Assembly (NCBI GenBank): GCA_002269645.1
Contig: NIVC01000558.1
Location: forward strand, 472,261 to 536,260
Length of the DNA stretch: 64,000 bases
From: Macrostomum lignano
Lineage: Eukaryota
Reading direction: 5' to 3'
In this document: positions 1-9,915 of the stretch, one piece after another
Layout of the letters: every line of letters begins with the position of its first letter
Position numbering within the stretch: position 1 is the first letter of the stretch
Program-made: the position numbers and the translations under genes
Notes under the pieces: generated by a model
What the model was told of the DNA's origin: nothing
What the model saw: only the letters and a program-made list of their open reading frames with translations
Databases searched by the model: none

Positions 1-3000
1 GTTGCTAATGTGTTGCTAATAGAAATAGCTAGATGAATCCCTAGGTTGTACCCAAGCATACATGCGCAACAGTCGGCCAAGTCAGCCGATCTGGCCAACC
101 AATTTGGCAGCCAACCAAGGAAGTTGCAAAAATGCCCACCCAAAAAACACCCAAGTAGTAGTACTAAGTAGCTGATGAGGCATTTTGGCTTAATAAGACA
201 GTCATAGTTACCCCTGCCGTTTACCTAAAGTTGCCTTAATTTTGCTTTAGGGTTTTTTATATGAAAGTCACATTTTTAGCCAAAAACTACTTCGAATTTT
301 TGTTAAAACTAAGTTGCACGGCCAACTGAATTTTGGAGGTTGCACATGTATGTACATAAGCATGGGTTTTATGAATCTATTATTATATCTATGCATTTAG
401 ACTGCCACTGCACATATTGTATTATACTAAGGAATTTATCATTTGACAAATTAACCATGAATGGCTAGGCCAGTTAACAAAAAAAGTTAATGAGTTTACC
501 AGAACCCATTTTATAGAGGCATTAAATAAGATAAAAATGTATAATTAAAAAATATATAATTAGTTTGTTTATAAGTGTATATATACACACATATATATGC
601 TACATCTTTAGTTTAGTTTTAATAGAAGCTTATAGTGTAAAAATTAAAATTATTAAAAGGTTTATTTATTATTGCAACAGCAAAAAGGTCCTTTATTGTT
701 ACAACTGCAATTAGTATTATCAGAGTATATTTACTAGTATCAATATACATTGGTTCAAAACATTCTGGCATGCACTTAGCATGATCTAGACTATAGACTT
801 TGGATCATCTAGAACTAATAGGTGCCTTATATATCCAAAAATTAGGTAGGCCTAGAGCATTAGCCTTGTATGCCAAAAGTTAGGGATATACAATTGACAT
901 GCACAATTGGCAATGGCTAAAGTTCTGGCACCGGAATGGAACCCTTTTTTAATGGCTATGGATCCAGTAATCATATTCCAATAGTGCAGTTTATGGGTAA
1001 AATATAGCAAAAACATTTTACTTTTTAATCAGTGGTTGATATTGAGATTAGTTCAAGAGAAGATCAAAATGAAATGATAAGATTCAAATCAAGATACTTC
1101 TAATGTTCAAGACTTCATTAGTAGATAACTGCTTGCAGAAGACTGCCACTCTAGATCAATAGCCATTAGAAAATAGGTTCCTATGCCGGAACCTTAGCCA
1201 TTATTGCATAGACACCTGGCATGCACTTCATAAAATCATGTGGAAGAGTTAGTATTTAGTAGAAAAAAAAAGATAGAAATAAGGCATTTAAACTATAGGC
1301 CTAGTTGTAGATAGTATAAACAAGGGGTACTAGTTGTTTCAATGACAAGTTGTTTAGATGACAAAAAGTTGTTTCGGTAACAAGTTGCTTTTGTGATAAA
1401 CATATCATTTTTATGAAAAAATTAAAGATTTCACGAGTATTGACATTTTAGTGATAAGAGGCACTTTATAATATTAGCTAGTGGTAATTTTGTTAAGATT
1501 TATGTTTCATACTATATTTAAAAATTTTCGTCAAAAGATTGATACATATAAGAAAAGAAAAATCAAACTAATTATTTTGTTTTCTTCCTGTGCAGATCAT
1601 TTTGAATTAACCCAGAGTATTCAGTTACATAAACCATAATAAACCTAATAGAGAATCCTTATGAAATTCCAACTATAAAAAAGCAGAGATATTCATAGGA
1701 TGTTGACTACATTTAGATTAGAGAACATAATTCAAAAGACTGCAACTTTGTAATTGTGAATAAACAAAATTAAATAAAGCAATTACTTTACCATTTCAAA
1801 AAATTATAAAATTTTAGGTTCTATAATAGACTATATCCCTTAAGATTCGTGTAAATATAAAAGGTAATTTTCTGTTTAAAAACAGAATGGCTATCACTAA
1901 AAGGGTATTTTTCTTGTCATCGAAATGACTTTTGCTTATTACCAAAAGGACAATTACCAAAATGTCTTGTCACCAAAACAACTATAATCCTAAATAAGAA
2001 AGATAAACAAGCAGCCAAATTATCTGCCAAAAAGATGATTTATGAAACACAAAAAACCTTCCCCTATACAAAAAAGCTCATTTGCCATGGCGATGCAAAA
2101 AAGGTTATTTATTGTTGCAATGCTAGCATGCCATAGGACTAGCCATAGATTTGAGTGTAGGCATGCCATAGTCCCATAGTCCAGATCATACATGCGCAAC
2201 CCCCTTGATTTACACTGGCCATGCAACTTACTTTTTGACCAAAAATGCAACTTACCTATAAAAGAAACTTTAATGCAATTTTGTTTAAACAGTAGGAGTA
2301 ACTATGACTATCTTATAAGGGCTAAATGTCTCGTCATCTAATTAGTACTATGTCTATTCTTTAGGCTGGGCATTTTTGCAACTTACCCCTGGTCCACCAC
2401 AATTTACGGTGGCTAGATTGGCTAGGTCAGCCAGCAGTTGCGCATGTATGGTCCAGATCATGCTGGGTGCATGCCCAAACAAAAATTGAACAATTACAAA
2501 TGCACACAGAAAAAATTGAGGGCATGCCATTTGTCAAAAATATGCCAGTGTTGCGACAATAAATGACCATAATGACCATTTTTTACATTTTGACAAAAAT
2601 GATCTTCTTTTAAATGTGTAATAGACCCCTACTAACAGATAATTTAGTTGATTTTTATGCTTTTTGGCAATATTATTCATAGCAGAAAATTGATACACAC
2701 AAATATCTATAGAAATGCTTATTTACGAGCTTGAAAAAACAGGAAAGTTTGAAATTTATGCTTGAAATTTAACTTTTTTCAGTTTTTTCTACTTCGCAAT
2801 AACTCTTACACGTGATTGCATAAATTGTATACCAGGTATGCACGCATACTTTTTTCCCACAAGTGATGCAGGCCAATTGTGCATGCTTAATTTTGGTGTG
2901 CAAGGCCAATGCTGGATCATGTTATCTGTATCTGCATATGTTATGCAGATATGCTATGCAGAGTTATCTGCATATCTGCATGCACTAATTATTTGGCATG

Positions 3001-4865
3001 CATTAGTAACTATTCAATATTTGTTTGGGTGCGCAACAAGCATGATCCAGACTAGGCCCCAATGCACTTAAAGGCTCAAAAATATAAATTATAAATTCAG
3101 ATCAAATTATTTTATGTTTCACCTACCAATTTTATCAATGTCTTCAATGTGTCCATTGAATGTGTCCATGCGCAGCAAAGTAGAAGCAGAAACACTTCCT
3201 TCTGTTGCATTTTGGCTTAACTGTGTATAGGACATTTTTACGCGAGAAAATGGTTAATAAATATATAAGGAATTGGGGCGCAATATAGGAAGAAAACAAC
3301 GCTTGCAAAGGGAATCGATATTATTTAGAAAAACACAAGTCAAAAAATTTGATCATGTTTCTTAGTTTGAACTTTTTTTACTAAGTAAAACAAATATATA
3401 AGCATAATTGTCAGCTGCAATAATTATAAAGAGGCACTTTCTCAAGTTATATGCAATAATAATTTGCGCGAAACACACTTGCGTGCAGCATGTACAGTGT
3501 ACGTGTACATTGTTGTTCCTTACTAAACGCGGTAAAATAAAAGAAATGCATGTACACAGTCCTGAAAACGTGTGCAACCCTAAATTAGAAATCCCTAAAC
3601 TCGATCTATTTTATCTCTGGCACCGACAAGCGCACGGGCATACATGCATATGTATGTACTGCGCACATGCATGCTGCATGAATGTGTTCGGCTGTGCTAC
3701 TGTTGTGGCGTCTACAGGCCTGGCCATCAGCATCATATACATGTACATGTAGGCAACGGACATGCATCCTACGAAATCATGCCAACTTCAAATTGAATGA
3801 AGTACTAAAAACAAATGATCGAACATGTTAAACGAGCAAATTAAGCTGCTGATATCCGGCCACTCGCTTTTCTATCAGCACTTCTTGGAATCATTTAGAA
3901 GAATTGCAGAATTGCGGCCTTTAATTATTGATGCATGTCGTCTGCATGGCAGAGCCCGACAGTCTTCAAAGTGTTTTTACCACTGATCCCGACACTATAC
4001 AGCCGCAATGGCAATGAACATACAGCAGGCGGAGGTCGACGTCAGCTAGCATAGCCACAAGGGAGACACTCTTCGCTTGACGCGCGTCGACAAATGCATT
4101 TTTGCAGCAGAAAAAGTTATCGTCGCACACATGATATGTATGCAAATACTTGTATTAATTGTTTCAAATTCGAAATTAGTTTGTACTTGCAATCTAGTGC
4201 GGCTAGTTACAAACAGAAGTAAAATCTCATTCGGTACTAACCAAAGGGAAATATATATGCAAACTGATCGCTAGTTATTTGTGCGATTATTTTTCAATTC
4301 CATTGACGCGATTGCGAAAACTTATCTATGTATTTATAGTTGGGTTTAATAAACACGTATAAACTGACACAACATAAACATTACTGGTACATAGATTTTG
4401 TACCCTCTTATAAAATATCTGGTGTTGCTAGAGCTAGTTTGGTGCAATGTTGATTTTGAGGTGCGGATCAATCAAAAAAATAAAATTACAAGCTAAAGCT
4501 AAACACGAAAAGGACGTGACAAAAACAAATTAAGATATAGATGTACGTTTTTTATGAAGCATTGTTTCTTTGTTTCGGTGTTTCAAACTTTTGGTGTGTA
4601 TTACGTAACGCAAAAACGCAGCTTACTTGTATCTAATATATGAAATATTTGTATAGTTTTGCTTTATACAGTATAAGGTGCAGTTCCTAGGGTACATTGT
4701 GCATGGAGCGCAAGTATTTTTGTACGTCGTAGAAAAATAGCATTAGATGTAATATTAGAAAAATTAATTTCAAATTTAAGCCGCGAATTGAAAACATGAT
4801 TTTTAAAGTTCGTCTACTGACAAGACTGACAAATAGTCGAATTAGAAATATAATTCTTAGAGTCT

Positions 4866-5183
4866 GGGGGCATCGCCACCTGGGGCTACAGGGGTGGACA
4901 TGTCCTCCCAGTAAAAGCTGTGGTTGGCATGCCAATGCTTTGTCCCCCCACCCACCTTGTTTTTTACCCTAGGAAACGAATAAGTTTGCTTCAGGGCGCC
5001 AAAATAAGTTTTGTCCGCGGAGCTAAAACGAGTGTCTGTGGAGCTAAAATGAGTGTTTGAGGAGCTAAAACGAGTGTCTGCGGAGCTAAAATGAGTGTCT
5101 GACTGCGGCGCCAAAAGAATCAAATTTAGTCATTTTTCTTGGCTTTGTCCCCCCCCCCCATTCACAAGTCCATGGCGACGCCC
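4866..5183 (-). mobile_element. MITE family X copy with ~5 internal 21-bp units
   Basis: Ends GGGCGTCGCCATGG...GGGGACAAAGCCAAGAA and TGGCGATGCCCC; internal GCTAAAATGAGTGTCTG units. Confidence 0.65.
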
Positions 5184-5289
5184 AAGTTGCGTAGTGTTTG
5201 TGAGCTACTAAGTGTACATGTACATGTAATATATAGTTACATGTGTGTAAAACAAGCCCTTGCAGTTACAAATCGCAGTTCTCGATCTG

Positions 5290-6441
5290 TCAGGCTGCTC
5301 GATCTGGAGCTTGAGCCACGTTAGCGCGGCCGCCTGCTGCGTTCGACTCCCGATGAGACATCAAATCTGCCATCAGCTTTGAAAAGTACACACGAAATTG
5401 CGGATTTCGCCGCATAACTATTGGAAAACTGCATGACTGGCCGATCAAAGACAGGGATCCAATGATAGCTAGAGAGTTCACCATTGTCCGCGAGGTATCA
5501 TCAGTTGGATCAGCAGAGTAACCCCGGATTGTCAGGGCCCAGTAGAGAGCGACTGTAGGAAGCTGAGCAACCAATCTCACCATTGCCAAGAGCAGCACAA
5601 CAATGGCTCCGTTTACTCCGTCGTGTCCTGGCGGCCCGTTTGCACTGCTGGGTGCATTGGCATGCCTTTCGAGGTTGTGCTTTCTTGCCCAGACAAGTCT
5701 CGTAATGAAGAACAGCAGGCCCAGATTCAGTAGCAGAACCGTAACCAGAATTACACTTGGCGGATTGCAGATTAGACTCCAGTAGAGCAAGGCAAGATTG
5801 TCGTTCGTTTCGAAGAAGCAGGCCACGATTATGCTTCCATTTGAGTTTGTAAAAGACCTTCGTTTGCCAGCTAAGATAGGCGGTATGGACAGCAAAGCCG
5901 ATGCGAGCACAGCTACCAGCATTGCGCGCAAGGCGGTCTTAGGACCAAAAGTTCTGAATCGAAACGGCGCCAAAAATGACATTGCTCTGTCAGCTACCAT
6001 CATCAATAGTACCGATGCGGACATCAACGGGCAGACAGTGATGATTGACATGTACATTTTGCAGCCCAAATATCCGTCATTCTGCATGATGTAGCCAACA
6101 GTGCCACCGCTGAGCCAGGGAAGTCCTCTGCTCAAAAAGAAGTTCACTAATCCGAACACAGGCATGGATACAGAGTCTGCAAGAGCGACGCCGCCAACGT
6201 AGACATTCTGCCGATTGATGGGTCGGATTTTTACCAGCATGCCGTAGGCAACAAAGCCGTTACCAAGGAAACCAAGAAGGATGATGAGCGGAAGCAGACA
6301 GCCGCAGGCAATACCCGCTATCTTGGCCGTGATGCAACGAATCTGTCTAACTGAGTCGCCTCCAAAGCATTCAACCAGCAGGATGAACATGTTGTGATAG
6401 TAGATTATTCCACCCGAGGAGCTGGCCGACGTCGAATTCAT
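5290..6441 (-). CDS. Intronless class A (rhodopsin-like) orphan GPCR, 383 aa
   Basis: About seven hydrophobic segments; TM1 GFLGN, TM2 LALAD, TM3 DRA (DRY-like), Cys in extracellular loops 1 and 2, TM6 AQLP. Confidence 0.85.
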   Translation of the reverse strand: MNSTSASSSGGIIYYHNMFILLVECFGGDSVRQIRCITAKIAGIACGCLLPLIILLGFLGNGFVAYGMLVKIRPINRQNVYVGGVALADSVSMPVFGLVNFFLSRGLPWLSGGTVGYIMQNDGYLGCKMYMSIITVCPLMSASVLLMMVADRAMSFLAPFRFRTFGPKTALRAMLVAVLASALLSIPPILAGKRRSFTNSNGSIIVACFFETNDNLALLYWSLICNPPSVILVTVLLLNLGLLFFITRLVWARKHNLERHANAPSSANGPPGHDGVNGAIVVLLLAMVRLVAQLPTVALYWALTIRGYSADPTDDTSRTMVNSLAIIGSLSLIGQSCSFPIVMRRNPQFRVYFSKLMADLMSHRESNAAGGRANVAQAPDRAA

Positions 6442-6775
6442 GGTGGGTACTTTTCTACGGAAAATTGTTTTAAACGAGAAAAACTGATGAAACTAAAGAC
6501 TTACGCGTTTGAAGATGAATTAAGACAGCTTCTGCCGTTCGTGGTTTCCTTCTAGCCCTTGGACCAGTCAAGCCAGGTTTAGCAAGTTCCAGTTTTCCCA
6601 TTTTATTGGATAATGGAAAACTATTGGACACTTTAATTGGGACGGTTTTTGTCTGTTGCCTATTTCGGTAATGGATGTTTTCACTAGTCCAGTAGTACTG
6701 CATGTAGTCCTAGTCAGGGACAAATCTCCTCCGGAGTTCAATTAGTCCGTCTAAAATTTTCATCAGTGCCATGAG

Positions 6776-7696
6776 ACTACTATATGAACCCGTATGGCGC
6801 GATTTTGGAGGTGAGGTGGGTGTCAACCCTCCTCGCCTCTCATTGGCTGGCGCCCCGATCACTAGGTGATCGATACCCGTATCGATATCGGCGCTCGGCG
6901 CGCGCGCGCCGCAGGCGCGTGGCGCCAAGCGCCGCAGGCGACCCTCCCCAGCCACCGGCGACCCTCCCCAGCCGCAGGCGCACCTACCGATATTAGATCC
7001 CAATAAATCAATCAGATCCCAAATCAATCAGATCCCAAGCGCACCCTCCCGAGCCGCAGGCGCCCATGCCGCAGGCACCCCGAGTGTACACTCTACCGAG
7101 CCGCAGGCACCCCGAGTGTACACTCTACCGAGCCACAGGCACCCCGAGTGTACACTCTACCGAGCCGCAGGCACCCCGAGTGTACACTCTACCGATATGT
7201 ACACTCTACCACTCTCCCGATATGTAGTCAACGATATTAGGCTAGTGAAAACTACTTATAGTAGGTGAAATTGAGTATATTTACATAAAAATGTAGATAA
7301 AACATATTGGTAGGTGAATAATGACGCATATTGCATATTAAAATGTACATATTGGAGCATATGAGCAGCAAAAACACACAATGTAGGTGTATGGGCAGAA
7401 ATAGACAAAGCAGGTACTGTAGGCGCTACATAGGTGGAAATACACACACACACAGCAGGTTTACAAAGTGTACTTTCGATACATATCGGATTAATGTATA
7501 AAGCGGGTTTACAAGGCATGCATAAGGCGTAGTTGTATAATGCAGGTGCGCATGTATAATCAGATTATAGGCAAACGCCCAGGTGCAACAGACGCGTAAA
7601 TAATGTCACACCGACTAAAGAGTAAATATTGTCTAACCCGCAGGTGCATAAAAATTTTAAACAAAAGCGGTTCGGGGAAATCCCAAAAGGGAGGTT
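6776..7696 (+). repeat. Left terminal inverted repeat (921 bp)
   Basis: Reverse complement of 15370-16290; identity stops after ...CAAAAGGGAGGTT; the same spurious 70-aa and 87-aa ORFs are predicted in both copies. Confidence 0.95.
7068..7195 (+). repeat. About 4 copies of a 32-bp tandem repeat inside the TIR (mirror copy ~15871-15998)
   Basis: Unit CCGAGCCGCAGGCACCCCGAGTGTACACTCTA with a GTGTACAC palindrome; no spacers. Confidence 0.9.
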
Positions 7697-8010
7697 TTAG
7701 CCGCCCGTTTTCGCCACCGCCGCCGCCGCCCTAACCCTCTTATAGGTACAATTGCGTTGAAAGTATTTCGAGTCATTAGGTTGTAATGACCCTCCATATT
7801 TTAGGTGGGTGGACTCGAGCCCGGGGCCAGCCCATTTCAGTTTTTTGGGCCGGCCCCTCTGCCAATTTCCTCCCTAGGAGCGAGCTATCAGAATTGGTCT
7901 TTTAACCCCCGTGTATACACCCATAGAGGCCCCCCAGCTAGCGCCCATTCTAACCTACCCAGTGTACAGTGTTGGGTTCCCCAAACCGCGTACAAAGAGA
8001 AATACCCTTA

Positions 8011-9025
8011 TCAGTCAATCTCCATACGCTCCCTCAGGGCTGTCTCGTACGCGGCCTCTTCCTCCACGCTCTCGAAGCAGTAGTCGGATGACTGGCAATG
8101 TGGAAATTATAACAGTCAATGTAGATAGAATATATGCAAGGTATATGATTAGATGAGTTGTGTATATAATGTAATATCTTACCAAATCTAAATCGTCCTC
8201 CAGCCGCCACAGACGTAGAGACGCTGTATAGCGCACCAACGAAAGGTGCTCCTCCCAGTTGGAGGGCCATGCGACGGGCTCATCCCACGCAGTTGGCCGC
8301 GCTCCCGGACCGGCCAGGTACGCCTCAGAGTCGGGGGCATACGAATTGCGCCCCATCAACCAGTCCTGGTGCAGAGTCTCAGCCTCCAACACCTCCCGTA
8401 GGCCGGCACCCCTCGCAACCAAAGTATCAAGAACCCGATTAAAGGCTCTGACAAAGGTAGCTTGGGAGGGCAGCCCGCCAGGATGCCGAGACCTCAGCCA
8501 GTCAATGTCCCCGCGGAAAAATGAGGCCACAATGCGAGGAAAGCGCTCACGAACCACGGCGATCTCCTCAGACATATCCTCGTCCTCGTCGTCGAAGAGA
8601 AGGAGCGTAGCGGCTGATGATATTGAGGCCCGGTGGGAGGTAGTTGAAGCAGCAGCAGAGACGGGCGTAGTAGAGGCGGCAGCAGCAGAGACGGGCGCAG
8701 CAGAGGCAGGGCCGGTTGTGGTCAGCTCCTCAACAGAGACGTCAAAGAGGGCGGCTGAGGCGGTAGTCAAATCGGAGGCAGTAGCAGCAGGGGCACCGTT
8801 CACAACCCCGCCGATAGCCAGCAGCGGGAGGTCAAAAACTTCAGACTCGGTGTCGCTATCATAGGACATAGCCCAAGCTAGATATTGATCAGCCTCCCAA
8901 TTATCAGTTCCGTTGTTTTCAGTGCCTAGGGGAACTATGTGTTCAGGGATATCCCCGTCGAGGCTGGTTAACTCTTCAGTCGGGCGATTATTATCCCAGA
9001 GGTTGGATAGAGCTCGGCGGGACAT
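8011..9025 (-). CDS. Element ORF3: acidic/low-complexity protein of unknown function, ~307 aa, 2 exons (9025-8183, 8091-8011)
   Basis: ATG at 9025 downstream of TATATAA (9098-9104) and a CCAAT box (9130-9134); 91-bp GTAAGA...CCAG intron (8182-8092) gives an in-frame acidic tail SSDYCFESVEEEAAYETALRERMEID*. Confidence 0.7.
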
Positions 9026-9140
9026 GCTAGAATCAACAGAGAGTAAAGTATTAGAGCTGAGATAGGGTTTGACTCTCTGGAGAGGGGGAAACACTAATTA
9101 TATAGACGGATCGAGTGAGGCGGTGCGAACCAATAGGAAA

Positions 9141-9673
9141 CTAGCAGTCCCAACCCTCGTTAAACAGATTTTCCCAGGGTGGAGATTGGTAGGGTTTGAG
9201 ACCCATGAGCTGAAGAACATCCACCTCAGTCCCGGCTACCGGAGGCGTGTCTGTCTTGACTCGCTTGGCTGGAGGGGGTGCCTCAGGTGCCGGCTTGAAG
9301 AGCTTGTCCAAACGGGCGGCAAACATCCGGCGCCACAGTTCAGGCGTGAATTCGATCGTGTAGCGCCAATTAAACTTTGGGTCCTGATTGAGCCAATTGC
9401 GCAGCAAACGGATCCTCCCTCGCGAAGCTTCAACTGCCTTGAAATTGCCCAACAGGACCCGCTTGTTCACGTGAAGGCGGGCAGCAGCCTCCAGGTCAGG
9501 GCGCGCGCTTCGAGCTTCTTCCACTCTGGCTCGGCCAAGTAGATTGCAGGGAAGCCGTCCTTCCACACTCCGGCCTCGTTGGTGTAGAGACGCCGAATTT
9601 CAATCAAGTTGTGTTCAGTTTCAAATGTGGGCTTCCGCGCCACAAAGTTTTCGTATAGAGAGATAGAAGACAT
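9141..9673 (-). CDS. PC4/Sub1-like ssDNA-binding protein, ~177 aa after repairing one -1 frameshift near 9500
   Basis: LIEIRRLYTNEAGVWKDGFPAIYLAEPEWKKLE resembles the PC4 core (IDIREYW...[20 protein letters not shown]). It joins ORF 9141-9566 if one C is added to GCCCTGAC; the second half looks like a second PC4-like repeat followed by a PPPAKRVK NLS-like motif. Confidence 0.65.
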
Positions 9674-9915
9674 GATTTAGCAGCAGCAGCAGCAGAGAGC
9701 TCTCTGACAGCCGTGCAGCGCCTTATATACCCCCGGGTGGAGGGTGGGGTGGGTGATGATTTTGGGGTGATTTTTGATGATTTTGGTTGGTTTTTGGCGA
9801 TTTATCCAATAACAGGCGAGCTGAGCAGATTTTTTAGTATATATACAGACCCCCAGAGCCAGGGTAGAGAGTTAAATCCTTCTCTCTCCGCTCTCTCACG
9901 CTCTCTGTTTGCAAA
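9674..9915. promoter_or_regulatory. Putative bidirectional Pol II promoter between the PC4-like gene and pPolB
   Basis: TATATAA on the - strand at ~9723-9729, TATATATA at 9838-9845 and CCAAT at 9806-9810, between head-to-head ATGs at 9673 and 9916. Confidence 0.55.

Noticed and set aside
1-3070. AT-rich region with diverged inverted segments (~55-140 vs ~2365-2450) as a DNA transposon
   Set aside because: Similarity is weak, no transposase or TSD is seen, and the left end may lie outside the window.
7068-7195. 32-bp repeats as a CRISPR array
   Set aside because: The repeats are contiguous with no unique spacers, there are no cas genes, and the context is eukaryotic.
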